From positions 98,208,001 through 98,272,000 of the forward strand of contig OX597819.1 in assembly GCA_951406725.2 (NCBI GenBank): a DNA stretch of 64,000 bases. Reading direction: 5' to 3'. Position 1 is the first letter of the stretch. Each line of letters starts with the position of its first letter. The notes below the pieces were generated by a model. The model was given only the letters and a program-made list of their open reading frames with translations. It made no database searches and had not been told where the DNA came from. Of the stretch, positions 12,995-25,419 are shown piece after piece. Made by a program: the position numbers and the translations under genes. The stretch comes from Octopus vulgaris. Taxonomy: Eukaryota.

Positions 12995-13582
12995 TTTTCT
13001 ACTCTAGGCACAAGGCCCGAAATATTTGGGGTGGAGGACCAGTCGATTAGATCGACCTCAGTACGCAACTGGTACTTAATTTATCAAGTCCGAAAGGATG
13101 AAAGCTAAAGTTGACATCGGTGGAATTTGAACTCAGAACGTAGCCCACAAGGGGCTAAACACAGAGGGACAAACAAGGACAGACAAACGAATTAAGTCGA
13201 TTATATCGACACCAGTGCGTAACTGGTACTTAATTTATCGACCCCGAAAAGATGAAAGGCAAAGTCGACCTCGGCGGAATTTGAACGCAGAACGTAACGG
13301 CAGACGAAATATGGCTACGCATTTCGCCCGGCGTGCTAACGTTTCTGCCAGCTCGCCGCCGTCTCTTAATAATGATTTCAAATTTTTGGCATAAATCCAG
13401 TAATTATAGGGGAATGGGTAAATCGATCACATCGACCCTAGTACTTAACAGGTGCTTATTTTATCGATCGCCGAAAGGATGAAAGGTAAAGTCGATCTCG
13501 GCAGTATTTGAACTCAGAACGTAAAGACGGGTGAAATGCCGCAAAGTATTTTGCCCAGTGCAGTAACAATTCTGCCCGCTCG
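12995..13582 (-). mobile_element. Three adjacent family B SINE copies
   Basis: CGAAA.GATGAAAG..AAAGT.GA core recurs at about 13090, 13245 and 13472. Confidence 0.85.
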
Positions 13583-13756
13583 CAGCTTTCACTCTTAATC
13601 TTTAATATTAACCTGTTTTTAGTACTGTGTCTCTCCATTAGCAAATGTTCTGTTGTTATTATTAAAATTGTTTAGAATAACTTTAAGTAAAAATGTGTAT
13701 TTTAAAGTTTATGAATCTATACATACATACATACATACATACATACATACATACAT

Positions 13757-13839
<83 letters not shown>

Positions 13840-13922
13840 GGTGCCCCAGCATGGCCACAGCTCATAAGCTGAAACTAGAAACAATCAATCAATCATATAT
13901 ATATATACACACATATATATAT

Positions 13923-13980
13923 ATAGTTTCAAGCAATCTTTTGTAAATTATTTTATTTACAAAAGATTGCTTGAAACTAT
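13923..13980. repeat. Perfect 26-bp hairpin with 6-nt loop abutting (TA)n
   Basis: ATAGTTTCAAGCAATCTTTTGTAAAT-tatttt-ATTTACAAAAGATTGCTTGAAACTAT. Confidence 0.9.
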
Positions 13981-14238
13981 GCATAGTCCAGGAAAAATAG
14001 GGTAAATGTTTTTATTTTTCATTCCCTTTCGAAATTACCACTAATTAGTGGCTTGTAGTTTAACTACTCTTTCTAGCGAATCAGATGTCCCGTTATGGCC
14101 TTCTCTTATGTGTTTAAATGTACACTTTATTTTTATATGAATAATATATAGTCTATTGACTAGTTTTTTCTTCTCGCTAGACCACTGATAGCAAAGAATT
14201 TTTCAAAATTTTCTGCTACCCTAAGATTTATTAATTAT

Positions 14239-14315
<77 letters not shown>

Positions 14316-14318
14316 GTG

Positions 14319-14350
<32 letters not shown>

Positions 14351-14364
14351 TATACATGTATGTG

Positions 14365-14411
<47 letters not shown>

Positions 14412-14692
14412 TGTATGTATGTATGTCCATTATACCTGCATACATTCACACACGCACACATACGCACACACACACATACGCGCGTATACTTATGAACGAA
14501 TATTTATGAAAACATTATTATCTCCTTGCTCATGACCGCATGTGTATATATGTGCAATGTTGAATAACTATTTTCGTATGTATACCAATGGGTATATCTC
14601 TACTCGCGCTCTGTGTGTATCTCTCTCTGTCACTTTGTCTCTCTCGCTCTCTCTCTCTCTCTTTCTTGTTATATGTGAGTATGTGTGTGTGA

Positions 14693-14747
<55 letters not shown>

Positions 14748-15200
14748 GATTGTCTGCACGTATTAGTGTGTATATGCAAGTAGGTGTGTGTATGTACGTA
14801 TGTATGTATGTTTGTATGTATTTTCTTATGCCGCCACTGGTCTAGAGGTATGTCGTCCGATTCTCTTGAATGTGATTTATTTCCCTACGGTCCGGACTGA
14901 TGTGGTTTATGTAATATAACCAGATGGTGACCAAACGTGACATTTCAAGCAATTTGTTAACGTATAAAGACTAGCTATCGGTAAAACGCTGATGATGTTG
15001 CTGTCGTCTGCCAAACCAGCGTCAGCCAACGGTCGGCTCCTTAAAGTCTGAACAGTGAAGGCTCGTCAGAGAGCGACTGGCTGGTTCGATAGTGAGGCGT
15101 CGGTCATGTTTGTCACTCGATCACTCCTTAATCAATGCTCACTGATTGTAAATATCGTTAAGCCCTCTTCTGCTGTCTCTTCTGTCGTAATCCAGCTTAC

Positions 15201-15273
15201 CTTACAGATTATACAGCTGGCCCACAACCGTTCTTTCGTACGTTTGTACACTTGTCATTCTCACAGTTTTCAT
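15201..15273 (-). other. Candidate 73-nt exon (non-coding or UTR) of an unidentified host transcript
   Basis: Minus strand reads ctcttatctacag|ATGAAAACTG...CTGTAAG|gtaagc within non-repetitive sequence. All three frames contain a stop. Confidence 0.35.
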
Positions 15274-15352
15274 CTGTAGATAAGAGCTGTGCCCCCCCAC
15301 CACCACCACCTCACACATGCACGCACGCACACGTATTCATGTATGTGTGTGC

Positions 15353-15411
<59 letters not shown>

Positions 15412-15546
15412 GAGAAAGAATTGATTATCTTTATGAAAAACATTTCAATCCTTTTGCTTTTATAGTTTTGCTGCTGTGCTGCAAATATTTAATATTATTT
15501 AAATTGGTTTCAGTTTTACAATAACACAGCGGAGTGTGTGTGTGTA

Positions 15547-15622
<76 letters not shown>

Positions 15623-15784
15623 TGTGTGTGTGTGAAGTAGAAGTACCTTAGCTATGTTATATAGTATCTATTTAACTTTAAATGTTGACTTATTAAGGTT
15701 ATCGCGGTGGCAATTAGGTATTCAACAACGGATTCGACATTATAAAAGTTTGTAAAGATGATCCAATACGCCACCTGTTCGCCC

Positions 15785-15835
<51 letters not shown>

Positions 15836-16730
15836 TGTGTGTGTAATATTCTTATGGAGTTGATTTACGTGTTACAATCAAAAATTTTTGCCAATATCAA
15901 GGTTAACGTTTTTGCTTTTCACAAAAGTAATACTGAACAGTATTAAAGAATGAGATGATGAAGGAGAGAGGGATGTTGTACATATGACACAGTAATAACA
16001 ATAATAGCACTATAATATTTCTATGGATCAGTTGTGAGTGAAAATTGTGAGAAACAGATATGAGGACAAATGAAGACTTGGACCAATGTTTCTAGATGAT
16101 GTCATATAATTGAATCTAGATATCTTGCGGCAGTCTAAAGGGAGAGAAAGTCGTATTTGTTAAGCTCTAACTTAGCCCTGTGAGAGCAGACAAATGATAA
16201 AAAGCATTTTACTGTGATCACAACCACTTTTAGGCATATACAGTGTTGGATTACAATATCCGATGTACTTTCTTTTCACTTCTTCTAGACAGTGTAATGT
16301 AATTTGAATGTGATTTAGCTGGTATTTGTAGTTGGTTGTGTAACAACATAAGGGTTCTCTCATTGAGAATCACTCGATTGAAGAAGTTGTTTAGCTCCAA
16401 GTCATTATCGGTCAAAGGGACCTATGAATAAAGGCTTTCCAGCCTTGACCATCTTGTAGCTTTTGTACATCTAGCATTACATTGACCAATGTGCTTTTCT
16501 TGTATATCAGTAAGGTGTCAGTTGAGAGAATTTGACTGCTATTTCTAGCAGGTTGTGTGACAAGGTGGAGGTTTTCTCTTTGGTTCGAAGTGGGAGTTGT
16601 CATTCGTAGTAGCTGTAAAATAGATGATGGCGTTTAATGCTGGCAACAGAAAGGGCGTCTAATTTGTATGTACGGTACGTGTAGAGTTGTTAGTGATTCT
16701 TTTGTCATTGGTGTTTTTTCCAAAACCAGT

Positions 16731-17122
16731 CAGTGCTGGATTAATGCATAGGGCATCAAGGGAAGTGGGGTACCACAGAAATGGTAAGTGGTATACGGCT
16801 CAAAAGAAATCACTTTAAACTTGCTAGAAAAAATTTATCCAGGATACTTTATCTCTACTATGTATAGAAAGAGATGTGTTATGTAAGATTGATTTTGAAG
16901 ATCAGATTTTGCAATTAAAAAAAAAGTAGAAAACTTTTCAAATATAAATAACGTGGAAGTATACAAAAATAAACATTACTTTCCATCTGGGAGTTTTGTT
17001 TCATTTTGAAAAATAAAAATTCATTTATGGTTTATTATTATTTATATTTTGAACTACATGTATATGGGGGTACCAAAATCTTTTAAGTGCTTAGGGCCTC
17101 TATAGGTCTTAATCCGGCCCTG
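16731..17122. mobile_element. hAT-like MITE
   Basis: TIRs CAGTGCTGGATTAA / TTAATCCGGCCCTG. The 8-bp flanks match only partly. Confidence 0.65.
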
Positions 17123-17481
17123 GTCCCAGGATTATGATTCAAAGTATTTCTACCATGGCCATTACGTCTTTTTAAATATCTAAGACTAAACTGACCAATA
17201 TATTCTTCCTCTTTTAATACAGTAGTGTGTGGCTTGAGGAGATTCGGTTGTCTTGTCTAACGGGTCACGCGACGGTGTAGAAGCTCTCATTGGTAGAAAC
17301 CACAGCTGATTCCCGCTACAACCGAATGCACTTGGTCAAGTATTAATAATCAAGAGAATATGTACAAGAGTGAACGAATATATTCTAGACTACAGACACC
17401 AAAATGACCGTCCACTGATCAGGAAACCAACGCTCAACAATACACTACAACTCTTCCATGGATAATATACTTCCCGTATTT

Positions 17482-17482
17482 T

Positions 17483-17525
<43 letters not shown>

Positions 17526-17568
17526 AACAACAACAACAACAACTACTACTACTACTACTACTACTACT
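17482..17568. repeat. (CTA/CAA)n microsatellite
   Basis: Direct read. Confidence 0.9.
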
Positions 17569-17624
17569 GTATGTATATATATATATCGTAAGGACACATG
17601 TCTTAGTGAGTAGGGTCTTGCACT

Positions 17625-17890
17625 TGCCATCGCTAGATTACAATTTCAATTGCTAGACCAAGTGGTGCGGTGTGTTCTTGAGCGAAACACTTCATCTCAC
17701 GTTGTTCGGCGATCACTTCGGCACCTGACGCATTGTACACAGTGTACCTGTTCAGGCAACGTCGCTTTGATGGAGGCAGTGAGCTAGTATATAACACATA
17801 CATTTAATCACTATAAACAAATGATTTGTGCAGGTTGTTTGGTAAAAGCTGAACGCTCATTCGTCGTCTTCGATGGGAGACTCCATCGTC
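17625..17890 (+). mobile_element. Degenerate SINE, family C-related
   Basis: GTGTTCTTGAGCGAAACACTT...TCACGTTG block shared with family C copies. Confidence 0.5.
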
Positions 17891-19149
17891 ATATATATAT
17901 CATGTGGGATGTATTGATGTATATACGAATGTATTGGACATTAGACATGCAAATATATATATAATTTTCTAGCTAGTCAAATCTGAGGCACGAGATCACA
18001 AAAGTGTTCAGTAAATATTTAACACTAAGGTATATTGATATTAGGAATACGGTGCTATGGCTAAAGTATACGTGATGAATTTGGAACTGATTTAATATAG
18101 CTTCGAAAATAACACGAAAAAAAGAAACATTTGAAATATTCTTGACTTGCTAGGCCAGATATCCATAGGGTGGCTTGCAAGCAAAATATGGCGGTGAAAG
18201 CTATATATCATTTTAAGGGAACAAAGTGGCTTCTGATTGGCCAGCAATTCGAACGAGACGAGGAGTACCGTAAACGTAAATGATCTGGACTTTATAAATT
18301 CTTTGTTAAGGTGAACGAGACTCCGAGAAAACACACCTATGTAAAAAAAGAACCTTTTTTGTTAGAAGTGTGTTAAGTCTTGTAAATGTTTCTTTATGTG
18401 TAGTGTTAAACAGAGATTGTATTTCTAGATCATGCATTCAGTCTGTTATTCGGCCGACAACACGCATCAGCAGAATGTTCAACGTGTAAATTAGTCACTG
18501 TTTTTCAGGTGATTACATGAGCGTTGGGGTCAACTGTCCTTTATCGTCCCTTCCTAAATAAAAGAAAGGAGTTAACTTTAATCTGCTGACATATGCACAA
18601 ATTCTTTCTTGAGAATTTCAAAGAGAACCTCCTGATGTGCGATGAACGACAAGTTGACTTTAACGAGCACGCGATCACTTGAAATTGTATGTCACTAATA
18701 GTAATTCTTTTCATTCGAGTTATGTATCCAAGTGGTTGAACGAAAACTTGGTCCCGAAATTTTTACCCCTTTTATTTTACGCATAAATACAGAGAGAGGG
18801 GTAGGGAGAGAAAGGATTGAGAGAGGAAGAAAGAGGAAGAGAGAGAATATATATAGATACATTTATCTATCTTTATTTTAAAACTTTTCTTCTTCCTCCT
18901 CCTCGACATATTTTCCTCCTTTTCTTCTTCCTTTTCACATCAATATTACCTTTTTTTCTTTCATCTCTCCTTCCAGATTTTTCACAGATATCATTGTCTT
19001 CGTCTCAGCTCTTTCTCTATCCTTCTTTCTCTCTTCTTTCCTCATCTTCCCTTTCTCTCAGCTTAACAAAATATTTTCTCTCCGTCCTCCCTCTTTCAGT
19101 CTGCAGACCATTAAGATACGGTTTACAGAATGTACCATAGCAACGGTAC

Positions 19150-20010
19150 AGTACTCACGAACAGAACTGGGGCGAATTTTAAAATCAAATGCATACTTGT
19201 TCCGTCAGAATAACAAAAGCAAGCAAGATGTCTGGACAAGAGAAATTCACTTGACTAAAGATGAAAAGCCTGGGGCAAAGGCAGCGGCCTTAGGATGATA
19301 ACACCAATAGTTAGCAGGGAATATGCTCGTCGATAACAGCTATCATGGTGCACATTGTGGAGCATGGTTTTAGGTTACGATACTTCTGGAAATGGATGTA
19401 TGATGTGCTTCTGTCCACAGCTAATCACAATCGGTGAGGCAGGAGTGATATTATCCCCTAATAGAGCATCGCTGGAGTATGTCCTGGTAGTATACAACTC
19501 CTCCCTTGAAGAATATTAACTGTGACTCAACTATGTTCTGATCATTCATGCTTTGAGATCAAAACAGCAAAGCTTAAGTGTAATGAGATTAATGCCAAAC
19601 CATACCCGGTTGTTCCCACCAAGAGACAAGATGAAGCAGTTCACAGGTATAAGCAAAGGAAAGCCAAGACTCAAACTGCTGATTGGAAGTAATACCTGAA
19701 TGGTGTAGACATATTTGTTCTTAAGCCATATTACTAGAACGAAGTAGCATTCCAAACTTTTGGTATGATCTGTGTGACTATTGAGCGAGGGTAGGAGAGA
19801 AACTGACTAATATGAAGGATTTCAGTTTTGTGAGGCAAGAGGGTGATAATATTCTGTACTCCACGGGAATACAGTACACTGTAGAGGCGGAGTGTTATGG
19901 GTGCGTGGTAACACCAGTTCTCTGAAGTTACTAGATTTAATGCAGATTGGCGAATCACTTCCATGAAATTGGTCAAGTGAGATGAACACCTCTGATGAAA
20001 CCCCAAGAAG
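19150..20010 (-). pseudogene. Highly decayed CR1/L2-like LINE RT fragment
   Basis: Fragments GFHQRCSSHLTNF, KVWNA and GGNNRVWF resemble GFR..RS..TNL, DKVWH and WG..N.V.FN in the expected order. Confidence 0.45.
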
Positions 20011-20101
20011 GATTGAAAATCGATTAAAGCCCCTTATTCTTTTCAGTCAACGGAGAAACATGTAGGTTTAGTATGTTTGTATGTCTAATTAAGTTTTAAT
20101 T

Positions 20102-20145
<44 letters not shown>

Positions 20146-20599
20146 CGTGTGTGTTTGTGTGTGTGTACGTGTATATGTATGTATTATGGATGTACGTAGA
20201 TGTATGTACCCATGTATGTATATATGTATGCATGTATGTATGCATACATACGCACACTCATACAAGCCATCACTTTCCAAACAACCAGCCACTATCCCTA
20301 ACTTACCAGAACGATACTCAAGACCCCAACTTAATTGCCCAACCTGCCAGAAATAGAAGTCAAATCTCCTCAAAATAACTTCCAACCAGCTCCAAAGATC
20401 ATAAACTTGCTCCATCAAGATCGATTTGGGACTAAACAACACCATCAACTCAAAACACCAGAAAACTTAAAACTTCAAGAAATAGCAGCCAACACTTTCT
20501 CAAATACTATTTCATCGTCTATAAAATGGCTGAGTATTCAGGATAAACAAATCTTGAATATAAGGCGAAATGGTTAAGTTTTCTATAGTAAAACATGAG

Positions 20600-21190
20600 A
20601 CCATCACCACTACCACCTACACCATCTCTACCATCACCACCATAGATCTTACCACATGACCTCAACCATCACTGTCATCGTTATTGTCATTATCACCATT
20701 GACATAATCGCTACTACTCTAACTTTAGCCATTGTTCACTATCACTATGACAACAACCATATACTACAATCTTCACCACCACTACCACTACTACCACAGA
20801 CACCACCACCATCACTTCTACCACCACCAACACAACTCCCACCGCTATTAGTACTTATTAGTACTACCACAAGTATCACCACCACGTTTACTATCACCAC
20901 CACTACAACCACCATCATACCAACGCTACTAACATCATCACCACAACCGTCTCAACCAAACACCACCAACACCAACACCATGGCCACCACCACGACTACC
21001 ATAAACACCACTACCATTACCACAACCATCACCATGAACAACGGCACGGCTACCACCACAACCACCACCACCATCGCTACCACACCATCACTACCACACC
21101 ACTACTACTACTACCACCACCACCACATCACTACCACCACCACCACCACCACCACTGACGCCACCGCCACCACCACTATCACCACCATTA
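20600..21190. repeat. Degenerate (ACC/ACT)n low-complexity tract
   Basis: Trinucleotide periodicity that gives the Thr-rich ORF 20656..21201. Confidence 0.85.
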
Positions 21191-21518
21191 TTGTTTGTTA
21201 ACTTTACTCCAAACAAGAAGTAACGGTTAGTTCATGACTGCCTGCTGATGTTACAGTTGTACACCCTGACAACAAGGCCATTGCATACAACTATACACGG
21301 TTCTATACGACTGTATCCGACAACGCACGACGGCACACGACTACACACGACAATAGACAACGGCACATGACTGTACATCCCACATCCCTCGGTGCTCCTT
21401 AGTTAGCCCCAGCCTCTTGTAAATCCACCATGATTTGCCTGGTTTTTGCTCATATTTGTTTGGCTGACCATTGTACACCACACCCAGGCATGAGCGTGTG
21501 TATGCATGTGTGTGTATG

Positions 21519-21549
<31 letters not shown>

Positions 21550-21625
21550 TCTTTCATTCTGGAAATTTTCCCCGACAAAGAAGCCATTCTCCAACTAAGA
21601 AACAATGCACGTATGAATTACAGAT

Positions 21626-22285
21626 GCAGGCGTGGCCGTGTGGTTAAGCAATTCGAATCGCGACCACGAGGTTGGGGGTTCGTTCCCACAGCACAGCACA
21701 GCACATTAGGCAAGCGTCTTTTACTAAAATTTCAAGCTTACCAAAACCTTGTGCGCAGAATTTGGGAGACGGAAATTACGCAGAAACCTACTATCTTTGA
21801 CATCATCATCGTCGTCGTCGTCGTCGTCGTCGCTATCATCATATAAAGCAGTAGCTCACTTTACAACCACATGATTTCGGCACCTTGGGCAGGTTTCTTC
21901 TACTACAGCCCAGGGTCAACGAATGCCTTGTGAGTGAATTTGGTGGACTTAAATTGTGTGGAAACCAGTCGTATATTTGCATATATTTATGTGTGTGCGT
22001 GCTTGTTCGCGTGTGTGCGTGCGAGTGTGTGTGGGTGTGTGTGTGTGTGTGTGTGGGTGGGTGTGGGTGTGTATGTGTGCGTGCATGTGTGTGTGTGTAT
22101 CTTTGTGCTTGTGTTTGTCCCTCCACCTCACTGTTGTTTTTGATTACATACTCGTAACTTAGCGGTTCGAAAAAAAGACTCCGATAAAATAGGTAACAGA
22201 CTTTAAAAATAAGTATCGGAGTCAATTTGTTCAACTAAAACCTTTCAAGGATGTGCACCAATTCAGTGACTGAAACAAATAAGAA

Positions 22286-22290
<5 letters not shown>
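21626..22290 (+). mobile_element. Two degenerate family A SINE copies
   Basis: Heads at about 21626 and 21850. Tail TAGCGGTTCG...GACTGAAACAAATAAG. Confidence 0.7.
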
Positions 22291-22372
<82 letters not shown>

Positions 22373-23930
22373 CACATAGGTGTCCAATAGCTTCGTGTCT
22401 TTGCAGAATACACTTCCACAGGATGTCTCAGTTAGACGTAGGAAAATGTTTAGAGAATTAGAATCACAAAAGAAAATCCAACTCAAAAGAAATATGTTAA
22501 AATACGAGCAAAGAAAAAAAAAATACTTATTTCGTGCCCAGACTGCCGTTTCCGCGTCGATCGATGCAAAGATGATTTCATGAAACCAAGCTACTACGTA
22601 AACTGGACAAGCTTCATCAGTGGACTTGTAAGTGGGAAAATATCAGGAACTGATAGAATAACTACCAGGTTTTTTAAAAAAGCGATAAATAACTACCAGG
22701 TTAAAAAAAAAATTGACTGAAAAGTGTTCAAAGTGGTGCTGCAGCATGGCCGCAGTTTAATGACTGTAACAAGTAAAAGATAAACGATAGAAGCTAGCTG
22801 TCATGTATATTCTGGTTGGTGAGATGAGCTGTTCGAGAATCTGTGTTTTGATTTGGAGAACGGGTATTTTAGAGTTAGTGATGTCAAGAATAAACTTTCA
22901 AAGAATTTGGAGGGATGTGTTTTGGAGAGTACTTGGGTATGTTTGGTGCTACTTCACTTTGGTCTTTGTTTTGCTCAGCTTCCAGATTCTGAGATCTTGG
23001 CAATGTTGGTATGAATTGGTGACTGCCGTAATACTTTTAAGTTCTAAGTACTTTAGGTGTATGACAGTGATTCTGTGTGAGTCTGAGAATTTTCGGTTCT
23101 TAGGTTTCTTTATTGCTTTCAGGCGGACTGGCATGAAAAAAGGGAACACAATAGACACAGAGACACACACACAAAAATACTCTCACACCACACATACACA
23201 AGACATACACATCACATTCATACATACACTATTCACACCAGACTATATACACACACACACACACACATTTAGATGGTCTGACCAATCAACAGACCGCATG
23301 ATAGAACAACAGATAGTTGCCACGTCTTATTGTTTAAAAAAAACATTTCATTTATCCCACCACTATTGATTTCGGTGGAAATCGAACCTGCTATTACGCT
23401 TTCCATCGATTCCTTCCTCCTCCGCACTAATACCACCTGAAGCAGATTAATTTGTAAGGACATTATAGTTGTTATTGTTCTTTAGCCCAAGGTCAGCATT
23501 CATTGAGGAGACCCATGATCAAGGCATTCAGGCCATGACCATCACAGACATCTGGTGCAGCATTATCGAATGTGTTCTTTCAATTTTTTTTAAAATTATA
23601 AGATCCCAGTTAAGATTTAGCTGCTATTTCTTGCAAGTCAATTTGAGATTTACAGTAATTTATAATTGTCTAACGGCTTTATGGACACACTATATATATA
23701 CATACATGTATATATATATATTATATAAGATCCCAGCTAAGTCAATTTGAGATCTACAGTAATTTGTAATTTCTATTTGTCTAACGGCTTTATGGACACT
23801 CAGCCGAAATTGCGAAGATGATCCGGTTCTTGACTGATGATTGAGGGCTTCGAATGTCCCGTCCGTGTTTTTTGTGTCGTCTTCTAAATGTTTCACGTTC
23901 TTGTCCCAGTTTGTATATTTTTTTACTTTT

Positions 23931-23990
<60 letters not shown>

Positions 23991-23993
<3 letters not shown>

Positions 23994-24423
23994 GATACAA
24001 ATTATATATTTTTTCGAACGCAGAATTGACGTTAGAACAGCAGAAATACTGGGTAAATCACCCTTACAAAGTGGAAAAATTTGTCCACAACCAGCCATGG
24101 GAGTCGAACCCATATCCTTTAAAGACTCTATCCGAGTGCTTTACCATTAAGCTAAACTGCCCACTGACAAATTCATCCGCGATTTTAGACGCTAAATAGC
24201 TTGTACACTAGCTATTTAGCTTCTAAAATCACAGATAAATTTCTCAGCGGGCAGTTTAGCTTAATGGTAAAGCACTCGGTCGGAGTCTTTGAGGGATATG
24301 GGTTCGAGTGCCATGGCTGGTGGTGGACAAATTTTCTCTGGCTTGCAAGGGTAATTTACTCAGTATTTCTGCTGTTCTAACGGCAACTCTGCGTTTGAAA
24401 AATATTATCTAATTTGTATCGTT
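23991..24423. repeat. 433-bp palindromic element containing two divergent tRNA-like heads
   Basis: Arms 23991-24201 and 24210-24423 are about 85-90% identical by eye, with an 8-nt loop. tRNA-like units lie at 24090-24161(-) and 24250-24321(+). Confidence 0.85.
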
Positions 24424-24614
24424 CAATACATATTTCGACGCTCATAAAAATAAATGTTAGTTTATTTATATTTATGTACACACACATATATATATATAAA
24501 TGTATATATTATTAATATTAGATAATAAAACGTATGGATCGAAACAGCTGTAATGATTAATAAAAATTCTCATACCTTCCCTCTTCCGTCTCTCTCATTA
24601 ACCAAATATATATT

Positions 24615-24830
24615 CTTTTATTCTTTTACTTGCTTCAGTCATTAGACTGCGGCCATGCTGGAGCACCGCCTTTAGTCGAACAAATCGACTCCAGGACTTA
24701 CTCTTTGTAAGCCTAGTACTTATTCTATCGGTCTCTTTTGCCGAACCGCCAAGTTACGTGGACGGAAGCACACCAACATCGGTTATCAAGCGACGGGGAA
24801 TGGGGACAAACACAGACACACAAATATATA
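24615..24830 (-). mobile_element. SINE family A, 3' half
   Basis: TTCAGTCATTAGACTGCGGCCATGCTGGAGCACCGCC...GGGACAAACACAGACAC. Confidence 0.85.
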
Positions 24831-25419
24831 CATCTTATACAATAGCAATTTCTGTCCGTCTATCTGTCTGTCAGTCTGTTACCATCTTGCTACACTAGTG
24901 AACCAACCTTGACGAAACTTTTCATATATGTTAAACTAATATCCAATTGAATTATAGGCTAATTGGATTTCAATAAAAATCTACGATGGGCCCCCTCTGG
25001 AGTGGGCGCTTTCCCGGTGTTACCGGTCAACTCATTTATTTTACTTGGTTGGGCTATTATTTGGTAAAACGAGAAGGGTGTATTAGTGTGAGGTGAAATG
25101 TGGTGGCATTGAGAATATGGCTGATATCAGGGAAGGGGAGAATAAAGTTGTGTGACAAATATGGCGTAGCAGTGGAATGATAACGTTAATATAGCTGTCA
25201 TTCAGGGATATACACGCGACGCTGCATACGTACTTCCGTAAATACATAGATATATGCATACGCACACACACACACACACACACTGCACACACGCACGTAC
25301 ACATGCCTATACAGATAAGTAACTTTTAAAACAACGAGAATATTAATACAACTGTTATTCAAGGATATACATGCGACGCTGTTTGCATACTTTCGTAAAT
25401 ACATAGATATATACACACT

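Noticed and set aside
20656-21201. Thr/Pro-rich mucin-like ORF
   Set aside because: It is explained by degenerate (ACC)n, with no splice or domain support.
24250-24321. Functional tRNA gene
   Set aside because: The anticodon and acceptor arms are imperfect and the unit is embedded in a palindrome, so it is treated as tRNA-derived.
24541-24555. GAAACAGCTGTAA as a complete hammerhead
   Set aside because: No upstream CTGANGA was found, so only the 3' half remains.
24835-25080. Possible non-autonomous Helitron (TCTGTCCGTC-type microsatellite near the 5' end)
   Set aside because: No 3' hairpin plus CTRR end could be located.
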